A stretch of 64,000 nucleotides of DNA from Chrysomallon squamiferum (GCA_012295275.1 CM022665.1:15252001-15316000), one strand, 5' to 3'; shown: positions 41,521 through 56,199, counted from the stretch's first letter. The notes: generated by a model from the sequence alone, not told the origin. Translations and numbers: made by a program.

Positions 41521-44500
41521 TTACTGTTAGCATTCTGTATTAATGTTCTTTCTATGAATATGTTCATCAATGGTTTGCTTGATATTAAACTATCAATTAT
41601 GTATGTTACACTGAACTGAAATATGACTTTATCTGTGTTAAAGTATGTTTACCAGTGTTGTCTTTGAAATTAAACTTAAGTATGTTTGGTTACCAATGGT
41701 TTGTATTGTATTTAACCCAGTTACTTTTACTGTTGGTCTTTGTGTTACATTCTTATACTTAGGCCTAAAATTATGTAGTAATATTTGTTCCTTGTTTAAA
41801 CCAATATACTTCTATTTATTTATTTATTTTTCATTATTTATTTTTCATTATTTTTATTTTCCTTACATAACTATTCATTAGTCTGTGAAAATTCAGTCAG
41901 ATAAAATTTTAAAAAAAATTAATAAATAAATAAATAATGCCTTTGGAGAAAAAAGCATAAGATGGAGCACATAAGTTAAAAAATAAAGAGTATCACTGTT
42001 CTGGTAGAATGAATTGTAAGCTAGCATGTTATAAGTATGTATATGTATGAATGTGTGCACACATGCACGTGTATAAATGGATTGTTCTGAACTGGCAAGA
42101 GGCGTATATTTTTGTAATGACCTAACATTGATTTTTCTATGGAGTAATTATACCATACTAATTTCTGAGCTTTTTTACTATTATTTCCACTTTATATGGA
42201 GGCCATAAAATCCGAGACAGTAATTGGAAACCATTAACAACATTCTGCTGGCTGTACAAAATGTAAAAAACTGACTGACAAAGTAATGAAAAGGGGAGAT
42301 ACCCACATTAGTTTTATTCTTTTGAACAGTGAAAGTTTATGTGCTAAATCAGGGATTTTATGTAAAAATCACAAGATTATTTTAAACCAAAACACTGTCT
42401 GGTGACCCTTTTGTACCAGAAATGAAAACAAATGAACTTATATTTGTTTTATTGTATCTGTCCAGTTTTTCACTAGCAATTATATTTAGGTATATGATTA
42501 TATATATATATATATATATCAAATGGAATGGAAATTTAATATTAGTCCACAAGCTGTATTTTTAACAATGCATCTTTTATGTTATCATCCCAGACACATG
42601 AAAAAACATACCATGTTTTTTGTTGTTTTTATGTGTGTGCGTGTATATGTATATATTATATATATTTTGTGTGTGTGTGTGTGTAAATATATATATATAT
42701 GTATAATACATGTACATATATTTTTGTATATAGGTGTATGTGTATGTATGTGTGCATGTGTGTGTACTAGTTTATTTCATTTTATTTATTTGCAAATTAA
42801 AATTGTTGCAAATTGTTGTGCTTTTTAAGAATTCAAACACTTTCAAGTTGCTTGTATGTTTTTAAAAGTAAATGAAACCTTTCATGTTGTTTTATTTGTT
42901 AAAATTCCCAAATGTCAAAAAAAAAGGATGGTATGAATTGCTTTGTTGATAATGAATTTCTTCTCATGTTTGTTTTTTTGTCAACAAATATCAAAACTAT
43001 GTGTTTTTCCAAAGTTGATTTTTTGTTTCTTAGAAAAATAGAAATGGTGGGTTGTAGACTTAATTGATTTTAAAATTTAAAAAAAAAGAAGTAATGAAGG
43101 TGGGTGACTATTTGTTTTTCTCAGTGTTTTTATTTTATTTCACTTTGTTGTTGTTGATGTTGCTTGTTGTTGGAAAAATGAATTAACTTTACAGATTTAG
43201 AAAACAAAAGTATTTGTGCATTTTGAAAATTAGGAATGGTTAATGGTTGTTGTAGTTTATAATTATGTTTCTTAAATTTTACTGGAAAGTATGTATAGCC
43301 ACTGGTGGGTGGATCATTATTACAATTATTTTTTTGTTTTTGTTTATATGTGTGTGTGTGTGGGCAAATCAAACATAAGGTGGCTAGATTTTTTTTAATA
43401 ATGGTTTATTATTATTTCAATCTTTATTTTTCTTTTCTTTTTTTAAATTGTTTTTATTTTGATGATAGATGATTGCTAGATTGTTTACAATGGTTTATAT
43501 TTTTCTTTTCTTTTTTTATTTATATTTTGTTTTTATTGGGTTTTTTTTTTTAGAAATTGGGGATTGTTTTTTTGGGTTTTTTTTTTTTTAAATTTTACAT
43601 TAATCATTGTTGTTATTATTATCTTCTTTCTTTTCTTTCTTTTTAAATCGAAACTATTCTTTCATCTTCTCTCTTCATTTTATTAAGATGAAGAATACTG
43701 AGCATATAATGTATCAAATCTCCATAATCACTTTGTCTCATGCACTTCTAATAAATCAATATTGGTGTGTATAATAGATATGAAAACATAAAACATATCT
43801 AACCATTATAAATCCATCCTGTAACAAAACAGATTACAATTTTGCATATCACAGCAATATTTTATTTTTTGAAAAACAGTGCTGATGATGACAGTGATAA
43901 ATGTGTTATGGCTGAGATGGAAGGAAGATGTTTAGACTGTTTTCTGTTATGACTTTGTTGACAATGAAAATAGTAATGATAAATAAAAGATAAATTATTA
44001 TTATTATTTTTATTATTGATTTGATGAAGAAAAAACCGTTGGTCAGTATTTCTTTAATGAGTTTAATAATAATAATAATAACAATAATAATAATATAAGT
44101 AATATTAATAGCAACAATATTGACAATAATAATAAGAAGAAGAAGAAGAAGAATTAATAATAAAATAAACAAAATATAATTTAAGAGAGTCAAGTTCATC
44201 AAAATTACCTATTAAAATAAATAAATAATAAGATCAGCAGCAATTATAACAACAATAGTGATGATGATGATGATCATCATCATCATCAAATGCCAGATGG
44301 TTGAAAGAAGTATAATACAACAATAATAACATGAATATTTATGAAAGCTGCCGTTTTCTTTTCTTTTCTATTGATGACACTATATCTGACATAAAAATGT
44401 AGAGGAATTTTGATGACACTGATAGATAGAGCAATTTTGTCAGTGATTTATTTGCTAATGACAAACATAAACAAGAAAGGGTAAGTAAATCATTACTAAC

Positions 44501-44667
44501 TTGTCATATTTATCAGTATATCATGAGATTTTTTCATGAAGTTGCCTATGTGGAAGAGTTAGTATTTTTTTTTTTTAAAAAGGTGGGGGGAACCATAAAT
44601 CTCTACAAATGTGTTACTTGTCAAACATTTGAATGGTCACTGATTCAGTTTAAAAAAACCAGACTCA

Positions 44668-44708
<41 letters not shown>

Positions 44709-45369
44709 TGCCTTACGTTATCATTAGAAAAGATGAATTCCATTATAACAGATAATGTTATTGTCAAATCATTTATTTAGAAAATAGAGAATATACTTGA
44801 GCTTGCTTAATTAATAGCAAAATACTGATTTCATAGTGACAAATGACATAATTATATAAATATATTTACTCTGTCTTTACTACAAGCAAAGAACAATTAC
44901 CAGTGAAAATAAAAATGACAGTATGTAAAATATATCTGAACTATGTATTCACATACAAATATAAACATTAAGCAGATACAACAGTGAGAACTGAACCTTC
45001 AGACATCTCTACATTTTAAGTTTATAGTATTATGTAATTTATTTATTTTTCTTTCTTTCTTTATTTATTTTTGTTTATTATTTGTTTATTCATTTATTAT
45101 TATTATTTTTTTATTTTGTATTCACTTGCTTTATATTAATATCTCTTTGTTTGTCTGTCTGTCTGTATTAATCTGTCATATTTTATTGATAAAAATGTTG
45201 CATGACAAATACTGTCAGTACATGATGCCAGATACATCTGTTGATAAAACCAACAGTTTCATATATTACAATTTGTAGCCTACTTTTCTTTCTCTGAGTC
45301 CTTATTTATTTATTAATTTATCTTTTTTTTTTTCTTTTTTTTTTCAGTTATTTTATTTTATGCAATATA

Positions 45370-46175
45370 TACAGTATAGAGTTTCATTTTAAAACTCTTT
45401 CTGAATATACAGCTTCAGCAAGGTCATTGTTGGAAAGATAAAGAGGTGTTGTGAAAAAATCGGATGACTAGATTTGATCTCATAACTTTCTCTATACAGT
45501 ACCACTAATACATCATTCTTTTGACTGATTCCTAAGCAACATATAATGATATACAGCTTAATATATTTATTTCATTATCCCTTTTTAAACATATTGCTTT
45601 TTGCATAACACATAACATCAGCATAGTTGTAGCAGAAAGAAAAGAAAAATTGTGTTACAAAAGAATCCATTGATTAGGTTTGATTTTACAATTGTCTACA
45701 CCATACTCTAGTAATAAAATCATTTGTTGGACATCTACAGCTTCATGAATACTTAAATTTTTTAAACATATTGCTTCTTTCATAGTACATAACATCAGCA
45801 TAATTGTGAGTGAAAGAAATAAAAAATGTTTCATTAAAGAATTCAAAGATTGGTTTTGATCTTACAATTATCTACACTCCATCTAGTAACATTTTTATAT
45901 AAACTGATATACAGGTTATTATATACATTTTATTATTTATTTTTAAACACAGAGCTTCTTGCATAATATGTAACATATATATGGTTGGAAAGACAAAAGA
46001 AAAAAAATGTATTATGAAAGAATTTGATTATTATATTTGATCTTGTAACATCTCAGTCTGTTGATTTGTAAATCACATACAATGATGTATGTACAGCTTA
46101 ATAACACACATTTCACAGTCTGTTTTTAAACATTTAGCTTGTTTATTATGAAATGAACAGTATTGATCTTGTAAA
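45370..46175. repeat. Degenerate tandem repeat, ~180-bp period (4-5 copies)
   Basis: tttttaaaca(t/c) anchors near 45582, 45760, 45940 and 46123. tacag(c/g)tt anchors near 45552, 45736, 45909 and 46091. Confidence 0.7.
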
Positions 46176-47029
46176 TCTTCACATGTTGGGCTGTTGATTT
46201 ATTTCTTGCTCAGTCCTGCTTGTCAGGAACTCTTGATTTCTTGGCCATAATCTTTTTTTCCCCATTAATTATAGGTTTTGAGATGGACATTTCAGGATCT
46301 GTTTTTCAAAGTTTAGCCCTATTTTTTATGAAAGAATTTAATGGGGGTTCATGTACGGCTGTATTAACCCTTGCTTTTTCTCTCTTTAATTGCATAAAGC
46401 ATAAAAAAGATATTTGAAAAATGTCAGTTTTTGTTTTTCTTCTTCTTTTTTTTTTTTTTTTAAATCAGTATTTTGTATTAAAATTCATTTGATAAGGATT
46501 GGACTTGCATTTATCTGCATGTCTGATTCCTCATATTCCATTTACTCCATCTTAATACTTTCTTTTACTTGGACCTGTTACACTGTTTTAATTTTTTCTT
46601 CTTCTTTTTCATTCCCCCCCTCCCTTCAGTATTTTATGACATAGTTTAGACAGCTGAATAGACATATTTCATCAACAGCAGTATGGGAAATACATTATAC
46701 CAATGATGTATTGAACATATTTATCTTGAGGCAGTTGCATGTCATGTGGTAACTTCAATGCATTTAAAAAAAAACACAAAAAAAACAACAAAACAACAAC
46801 AACAGAAAGCCAAACAGACTTAACCTGTTTTGTTTATTGTCATGCAGTCAGAAATATTTTCTATATATTGTTATTTAAATGTATGTAACTGATATACACT
46901 TAGTTATTATGATTTGTGTTTTTTAATAGTAGAGCCAAGTAAATTGAAGCTATCAACATCAGTTGTCATTTTTTATATTGAACTAATATTTCTGTCAGTC
47001 AGTGTTTGTCTTCCAGTCTAACCTTTGAA

Positions 47030-47450
47030 GTCATGTTTTACAAACTAACCATTCAGTTTAACTTACAAGCAAAACTTTCCATTTGTATGTTTTGCAGATT
47101 TAATAATTCCACGTATATCTTACATACTAACCTACTTATTTACATATCTTACAATTTAATCTTTTCGTATATATTTTTTACAAATTTAACTTTCCATTTT
47201 TATGTATTACAAACCTTTCCATTTGTTTCTTCCAAACTAATCCTTCTATTTATATATTACATACAAACCTTTCCATTTATATATTTTATAGATTAATATT
47301 TCCATTTATATATCTTATAAATTATCTTTCCATTGATATGTCTAACAAAGTAACCTTTCCATTTATATGTCATACAAACTAACCTTTTTATTTGTTTCTT
47401 CCAACATAACTTTCCATTTATATGTCTGATAAACTAATTTTTCCATTTGG
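47030..47450. repeat. Minisatellite, ~27-29-bp unit acaaactaacctttccatttatatgtctt
   Basis: Recurrent tttccattt(a/g)tat and caaactaacc. Confidence 0.75.
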
Positions 47451-48830
47451 TTCTGCATTTTTTGTCTATCTTCGTTTGGGCCATTTCTTTTCTGTCAAAC
47501 TAGTACCAGTCTTTCTATCTATTTGTCTGTCTGTACATTTTTCTATCCAACTAGCCTCTTTATGTACATTTTTCTATCCAAGGAGCCTTTCTGTCCATCT
47601 CAGTGAATATTTTTATGTCAGACTAATCCACTAAGACTTACAACAGAAAGACTTGCATCTGTATTCTTGTTTTTATCAAGTAGTATTTCTGTTGTACATC
47701 TTGTATGTCCATTTGTCTGTCAATTAATATTAAGATTTTTGAAGAGAGAAAACTATAGTATTGTACTATTAAGTAGAGAACAAAGTAGTTTAGTTTATAG
47801 ACCTAAAGCCAGCATTAATATTGATTGTAGACCTAATTTTTCAACAACTGTGTCACTGTGGCTTATTTTGCCATTGATTTGGTGGTCAGAAGTAAATTCT
47901 CATCATAATGCTGTTGTTTATGCATTGTGCATTTATTAGTGGTTAACCTAGATGTCTTAACAAGTGTGTTAGTGATGGTAAATCATTAAGTGAATTAACT
48001 ATTCAGGAAAGTCCAGATTATTGTCTACAAAATGAAGGATGGCAGGTTTTTATTTATTAATGAGTATGCAGTTAAGAAAAAAGAAAAGAAGGAAGACTTG
48101 AGGAATGTCATTGTTAATATCAGATTGAAGTTAATATTTTGTATTAAAAGTTCATGATTCTAAATTCACAAATTTAATGCACATAATGCACAATGCTTAA
48201 ATACAGATAATCTGCAATATAAACAAAACTGACTAGCAGATAATTCACAATACAAACAAAACTAACTTGATACAACTCACAGTAATGAGAAAGAAATCTG
48301 CTATATAAAAACCATTTAAAATAAAGTAAAATCCAAATTAACACTTTCTTTTAATACCTTATACTTCAGATTTTTTCATTTAATATTTTTCCTTCTAAAC
48401 TTTATTCTTGTATGTAAGATATATTTCATTATTATTAATATTTGTATGATTTGTCAACAGTTGTATTACTAATATACAAATACACAAGCCATCACATCAG
48501 TATTAGTGTTCATAAAGTTATTATGAAACAGATGTATACATTATTTCACAATTATATTACATGTTCTAATTCTCAAAGAACTGTTTCAAGTTTCAAAAAT
48601 ATTTCCATATGGATGGATTATGATAAATTTAAATTAAATGAAACAATTTAAATGTCTTTTGATTTCAGTTTGCCTTTGTTTTTTCATACCTTTTTTGTTT
48701 TGTTTAATTTTGGGGATGGGAATAAATAATAATAATATGAAATTTAAACTTTCTTTATTTACTAAAATCAATATTTATATTTTTTCTGCACATTTTTTTA
48801 ACATATATTTAAAGTTGTTTGTATTTTTTG

Positions 48831-48862
<32 letters not shown>

Positions 48863-49011
48863 CTGGTGTTGTATAGAATATTTTGACAGTATTTTATAAT
48901 TTACTGCAAATTGTATTAGGATGTTCTGATGGGTTTTGGGGGTTTTTTGTTGGTTTTTTCCCCACAACCGTATGCAATTTTGCAATTATTGCTAATCTTA
49001 TAAATAGGGTT

Positions 49012-49050
49012 TTATTATTATTATTACTACTACTACTGCTACTACTACTG

Positions 49051-49082
<32 letters not shown>

Positions 49083-49130
49083 GCTACTACTACTACTTCA
49101 ACTTCTACTACTACTACTACTACTACTACT
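49012..49130. repeat. (CTA)n/(TTA)n trinucleotide microsatellite
   Basis: Direct inspection. It produces the spurious poly-Leu ORF. Confidence 0.95.
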
Positions 49131-49469
49131 TCTTTAAAAAAAAAATTAATTCATAATTCATATTCACGTGGCTAACTTTTATTTTCTACAATTGGTTGTT
49201 ATATTTTTTAATATGACAGTATTGCATTAACTAGCATTATTTTATAATGACTGTAAATTGCATTTAAAAATCCAGTGATTTTGTGTATGGAGTTTTGATC
49301 CAAAATAATGCTAAGAATATTATATAATTATAGTTAAAAAAAAATAAAAACAATTGATATATGCTTTTATATATATGTCAGAATACAGCACATCTCTGGT
49401 CCTTAAGTTAGTCATGTGACTTCTCACTGTAGAAGAAAAAGCAAGCAAAGGTTTTATTTAGTAACACAT

Positions 49470-49715
49470 GCAGCATGTTTTATGTATGATTATATGGCAT
49501 CAAATATAATTAGGGACCTTTCATATAATCAGAGAAGAAACCTGCTTCAACCCCTTGTTGACTATTCTTTCTGATTAGCAGTAATGTGTGTTTTATATGC
49601 ACCATCTCACAGACAAGATAGCATATGCCATGGCCTTTGATATACTATATAACATGGGCTAGAATGAGAAAAAGCTTAACGACCTTGAGCCAACATTCTG
49701 CCACTGAGTTATGCA
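49470..49715 (-). mobile_element. Degenerate SINE copy
   Basis: gattagcagtaa..ttttatatgcaccatctcacagacaagatagcatatgccatggcctttgata is the reverse complement of the core seen at ~15635-15700. Confidence 0.6.
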
Positions 49716-50502
49716 CAGCTTTCTCCACACAGAGAGTTAGCATTACACTTACATTGATATTTGAAGTTCAGGACTGTAATTCATTTATACTTTAAATATG
49801 GATCTTTACAAAATTATCTGTATAAATAGGAAATAAAACTATTAAATCTGGCTTGCAGAGGTGTAACTTTCACTTTTTATTTATTTTTGTAAAATGTACT
49901 TTGACATCAGTCTAAATAAATATTGAAATTGAAAATTTTATTTTAAAATGTTTTCTAACAGCAGGAATAGCTTATTTTTCCTTTAAATAATTATAAAAAC
50001 ATATGACATACACAACTTACACAATATAAGAATATGGTTATAATATATATATAAAGTTTCTAATGAAAATTTCCCTATTAGCTTACTTGGTTAAAGACAG
50101 GATTCTCAAGCTTAGGATTTTTATTCTGGCTGAAAGTTAAATAATAGAGGAATGGATTATTGGGCTGAGGATTACATGTTCCATTGCATATTAAGATTCT
50201 CTGTTACCATCTTCTATTCTTAAAATTGTTTTATTTGTAATTTGGATTCATTTGTCGTCAATGGTGTGTGAAGTAAGTGATACTTGTGTTAACATTCAGA
50301 TGTCTGTGTTAGAAATTGCCACATCTGTATTCTCTGTTTTAACTAACTGTAATATTCATAGTGAATTAGAATTTAATTTGAGTTTTTTCTAATATTACCT
50401 AACAGCATTCTGTTTTATATTTATGCAGTCAAAAATTACTTTTTGTGACAAATTCGTTATGTAGAGAAAATAGTTATAGAATTTATTATTTTCTAATTTC
50501 AG

Positions 50503-51251
50503 AACAAGTGAAAATGAAAGTGGAACCAAGAAGGAACGCAAAGCAGGAGAGGTATTGGATCGAATTAAGAACTCAAAGTCATTGACACCTGAAGTTTCAA
50601 CAGTCACCACCACCACCAGCAGCAGTTGCAGCAGCAGTAGTAGTAGTAGCAGCAGCAGCAGCTGCAGCAGCAGCAGGATTCAGAATGAAGTACCACATCC
50701 AGATATCTTGCATAGATCCAGCATGTGCTCTGATCAGTCTTCACCCGACACGTCACGCTCGTGTACACCAATGCCAATTCCCAGTATCTTCAGTTCCCAT
50801 GGAAACAAAGATACTACTGCAACCACTAACAATAACAATAATAGCAAACCACCTCAGGCAGAAGAACCTGTGTCTTGTCAGTGGAAAGACTGTGATAAAA
50901 CTTTGGACCCGAGTATACTTATGGATCATATACGACAAAGTCACGTGGACCCACAGGCTGGGAGTGAAACGTTTGTGTGCTTATGGGTTGGGTGCAAGGT
51001 ATATAATAAAATGTCATGTTCGATGTCGTGGCTAGAACGACATATTATAAATCACAGTGGCGACAAGCCATACAAGTGCATTGTTGCAGGGTGTGGTCAG
51101 CGATTCACTTCCCAAGGAGGACTAGAGCGACATGTGAACAGTCATTTTAATACACTGCCACCAGCCAATCACAAGATACTTAAACAGAGGGAGGACACGC
51201 CTACCAAGTTGTTAAGAAAACGCAAGAGCAAGAGAAGAAGACCACAGCTTA
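50503..51251 (+). CDS. AEBP2: Zinc finger protein AEBP2/jing, coding exon 2: Ser-rich region, three C2H2 zinc fingers, K/R-rich motif
   Basis: Fingers CQWKDC..HIRQSH, CLWVGCKVYNKMSCSMSWLERHIINH and SGDKPYKCIVAGCGQRFTSQGGLERHVNSHF match the AEBP2/Jing signature (CLWxGCKVYN...SWLxRH...HSGDKPFKCxVxGC). They are followed by KLLRKRKSKRRRP. Acceptor at 50502; A|gtaagt donor at 51252. Confidence 0.93.
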
Positions 51252-54200
51252 GTAAGTCAATTAATAATCTGTTTTATTTCATATTTTAGAGATGCACATT
51301 TTTTATATAATTTTTTTTTTTTTTTTTTTTTTTTTTATCCTCCAGTCACTGTACATAGAGGCAAGATATGATGATTACTTAAATTTCAAGCATGATAAAA
51401 AAAGTTAAATAAATAAAAATTGCTTTCTGGGATGGATCTATATTTATTTTGATAAATTACTTATATGTGTGTGTGTGTGTATGTGTGTACATATATGTGT
51501 ATGTATATATACACACAGACACATACACACGCACATATATATTTATATATATTTAGGATTTAGGATTGCAGGATGAAGAAAATAGCTGGTTACTGTCTTA
51601 TCAGCTTTATAGTGCTCAGGTCAGATGTTGAATAATACAGTTTGGCAAAGCTTTGCTGTAGTTTGGCATTCTAATGTTTGGAGGATAAAGCTTGTATCTT
51701 AAGACAGTAATCAATTATTCCCTATATGTATATTTTCTAAGAATGGATATCAAATGAAGGAAATGATTTGCAACAAGAGATCATTTACATACATCTTATC
51801 GTCACAGATTAAAGCTTTAATGAGTCTATCATCCCTGTCTAAAACAGGAAATACCCTTTTGAGAGCACTAAGGTGAACAGATCCTTTGGCCTGTTGCATC
51901 TCAGCCATATTTTATTTTTGGTTGATAGAAGGCATGAATTTAACAGTATGCAGATAGCATTGTTGTTAAATACAGAAAGACTGGTAGGTGTTGAGATCAC
52001 ATAACAAGTACCAGATCTTTAAACAGGTAAGCCTGGGACTGAAGGGGACCTAACTTTCTGGATTTTCCAGTGTTCTGAACCAAGGCTTAATATGTATACT
52101 TAAAATGCAAAATTAACAATAAAATATGTAATTGTACTTTACAGATACAAAATAATATGCTTCAAGAATGTGTTTTCTGTGAGGCACATGAAAAGTTGGT
52201 TACCTGTATATGGGAGTAAATGGGGAGATGCAGGGCCTTAACACTTTCAAATTCTGTTAATACTGACTTTCTTATACAGTAACAGTCCAGCATCCAGGTT
52301 TCTGGTTTGTATGATCGAGAAGAACATCCTGAATCTCTGATACATATAAACACACTTCACTGATTAATGATATTTAGTTTATTTTCATTAATATTTATTT
52401 ATTGATGACCCTAAGAATGTACTTACCTGCTAAATAGGAAATCATATCTTTGGTGTGCATTAGTCCATAATAGTTTCTGTATTTCTTGATCCTGTTGCAT
52501 TTATGGATCATTTTCATTTTGCTTCAGTTAAAATTCATTTTAGAGTTTGGGGAAGAAAATCCCATTGATTCCTAATAAGACAACTGTCTAAAGAAATTGA
52601 TTAACACTCATAAAACCTCAGGTATAAATACATTTAATCAGATAAAGAAAAATAAAAGTACTCCAGAAGCAGATCCAAGAAGAAGTGGGTCACCTTCATA
52701 GTTGTGGCTAAAACTGAAGATGATGACATGAATCCTGCATTTAAAAAAAAAAGAAGCAAATATCAGTTCTCTCTCCATAATTAATAATATTATTTTTTGT
52801 TATTGTCATAATTAATTATAGAGTTAAAATATCAGTTAACGAACATTTTCCTATTAAATCTGAAGTAATTACTTTACAAAGAATGTTAAAAAAAGAACAC
52901 TGAACAAAAATGATGATTACTCAGCATGTTTCTGATCAGGTTTTTAAATACGGTTTCTGATATTTAACAAATATAATGGAAGCAGTGTTAATTATATTTA
53001 TTTAATTAGAGATACAAATAATAAAAGTTTTGGAATTATTATTAATTAACAGATGAAAAATGCACAGCTGTTAGTACAGAAATGGTAATGATAATAATAA
53101 AATACAATCATTTTTCATACTGATGCACATATGTAGCTTTTAATTTAATTTTTTTTTTTAAATAAAATAAAATGGAGGTTACAGAAATAAATCATTGTTA
53201 CACTTAGTTTCATTAAACTAGTTGTTACTATTATAATTATTATTATTATTTAATTTTTCAAACACCTACCTGTAAATTAGTAATGATGCACTCATTTTAA
53301 AGAATCATGTATGACAAATGATTAATGATGCTATCACACTGTCTAACATTTCTATTTCAAGCATGCAGTCATGTTACAACACTGCAAAAAAACAAACAAA
53401 AAAAGATGAATAATAATAAGAAGAAGAAGAAGGAAAAAAAGAAAGAAAAAAGCTGTAATATATTAATTTTAAATAACAACTGATTCTGTGTCTGTCTTCT
53501 GATGTTATATATGGATAGAAAATTTACTACCCAAATCTCTCAAACAGCAAGAAACAAGTTCGTGATCATGATCATCATTATTACAAGAAGATCAAAAATT
53601 AAGGCACATTATGATTTCGTGTTTGGTTTTTAAGTTTTATTTTGGGTTGGTCAGAAGTGTTACTATGAATGGCTTTGTTTGGATTAGTCATTTAGAAGTG
53701 TTCCAGTAATTTAATTGCATTATGACAGAGATTTTAATTCATTGGTATTTAGTCAAATAAAGCATATATACATATATACAAATCATACAGTATTTTTAAA
53801 AAGCAAATACAGTACAAATATATATGTACACACACAATTTTATTAATTAATTAATAATAAATAAATAAATAAGTAAATAAATAATAACTGAACATACACA
53901 ACAAATAATAGAAAAGATTACAATAATATTTTAAACAGTACTGACATTTGACTGGGGATTTAAAAAAATTATCCTATCTCAGCCACACACATTGGTATAT
54001 TTATTATCTCTGTGAATCCCCTCCTCCCACTTTGTTCAGTGCATACATAATACATAAATCTTTGTCTTCTCCAGGTCAACAAATGTAATAGATAGCTCCA
54101 AACAAAAAATAAATCAAGCGTACAAATAAAACAAACAATATACTCACCTGAAATATAAATAAATAAATAAATAAATAATAATAATAAATCCACTACAACC

Positions 54201-55106
54201 CCATTCTGAAAAAATTTAAATAAATTCTGATCAAAGTCTGTATCAATATTTACTGGTTTTTACAACAAATACTTTAATAATTATGAATGTTTATCAGCAC
54301 TGGCTGTTACATTCATGTTTAATGATGTAATTTGATTGAAGTACAATAATAACAGCCCATAACAACAAACAAAACTCTTTGTTTGTAAATAAATTTAGAT
54401 CATATGATACAAGAGCAAAGAAAACCACAGAAAACTGTACAAATCACAGTGTGCAGTATACAACTTTAAAAAAAGAAACATGATTTTCTTTTCTTAGCCA
54501 TGAACACTGATGTTTTACTTTTATGTTTTTATACTTAATGGAAGTTAAATGTTAGATAGACCTCATAAATCATTGAAAGCATATGTTTTCAGTATTAAAA
54601 AACTTCATGAATTATAACAATAAGGATCTCCAAGTATTTTATCAAGCACATACTAGTGGCAAATGATTTGTCATTTATTTTTTTTTACTAAGGGTGACAC
54701 CAGTATCGGCAGTACAAATCAACTTAAATCATAATTTTATTTATAGATAATTTCTTAATGTAAATTGCTTTTTATACATTTTGTATATATAATTTAAAAA
54801 AAAAAATAATAATTCTGTTTTTATAATACTATTATAATTGTGTATGTTGTTTGTTTTGTTCTTTTTTTTGTTTTTTCTGGGTTTTTTTTTTAATTATTTT
54901 TTTTAACTTCATTCTTTCATTTAATTTTTTTAAATTTATTTATTTTGTATATATGTGTATTTCATTTTAATTTTTTTATGATTTTTATTCATATTGTAAA
55001 TGTTTTTTTAAGTCTACTGAATTTATGCTCGATCAGCATTACTTTAATTAATACAATTATAATATAACTTTTTATGCAGTGTGTATGTTCTGAATATAGA
55101 TAGACC

Positions 55107-55137
<31 letters not shown>

Positions 55138-55361
55138 TTGGAAACAATGTTTTTTAAGACAGAATAAAGTTAAATATATTGTATATGTTTTCAACCAATT
55201 ATTTTATTTGAATCAGAATATTCAGAAAATGATAAAGCATGTGCATGCAACCGTGTAGAAAACGTGGGTGTGGTATGGGTGTAGATAGATACACAGATAT
55301 TTTTCTTGATCATTTTATTATTATTATTATTATTTTTATTAGATATAATGTACAGCAAATT

Positions 55362-55363
<2 letters not shown>

Positions 55364-55418
<55 letters not shown>

Positions 55419-55434
55419 GTGTGTGTGTGTGTGT
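55364..55434. repeat. Compound (CT)n-(GT)n microsatellite
   Basis: Direct inspection. Confidence 0.95.
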
Positions 55435-56199
55435 AGCAAAAGAGATATCATTTGTACAGTGTATTGGTATAATTAAGTTAAACAATTACATTACTGTTAT
55501 CAGATTACATTAATCAGATAACTGTTACAATGGTAAATTTCAAGATAAGCAGGTTTTCTTAGATACTATGAGATTTATTCTTGCATTGTATGGTTCCAGA
55601 TATCATTAACCCTTTTACAAAAGCAAATTGCATGGAAAATTCACCATTTCTTGGCCATAATTGTCAATTATCTTTTCTTTTTAACTAAAATAATAAATAA
55701 AAACTCAGTTGTATTCTTATATCTTTTCTGATAAATTAATTTAACAATCTAATACTCAAAACAGCTGTGTTAATTTTGTATTTAAAAAACAAAAAAAAGT
55801 GTGTGTGTAATTCTGTTGATTTTAGACTAGCAATTCAGCAGATACAAAAATTCAACAATCTGGATAGACGCCTAGCAAAATGTTCTGGGTAAAACATTAG
55901 CTAAACAAAGCTTATAGTAAAAATTATGAAAAAAACACCAAACAACAACAACCATCAGAAAAAAAAAAAAAAAAAAAAATAAATAAATATATTTATAAAA
56001 AAATTTATAAATTAAAAAAAAAAAATATAATATAGGTGAGACTAAAGGAATTTAATAGACAAAACAGGAAAGTAGGTATGCTTTAATGAGTTAGATGTTG
56101 AAAATAGGCAGGAAACTGGACATAATCCATTGTTACACTAATACAGATTGACTAGAATTGGGTTGATTATACAATACAAGAGAAATATTTATATAAGCC

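Larger units (their letters stand above)
5131..50502 (+). other. AEBP2: AEBP2 intron 1 (45,372 nt), GT-AG
   Basis: gtaagt at 5131 and ttttctaatttcag at 50502. No convincing constitutive coding exon in between. Confidence 0.6.

Noticed and set aside
48883-49137. Poly-Leu ORF
   Set aside because: Translation of a (CTA)n microsatellite.
50685-51035. Overlapping alternative-frame and antisense ORFs in exon 2
   Set aside because: By-products of the AEBP2 coding exon.
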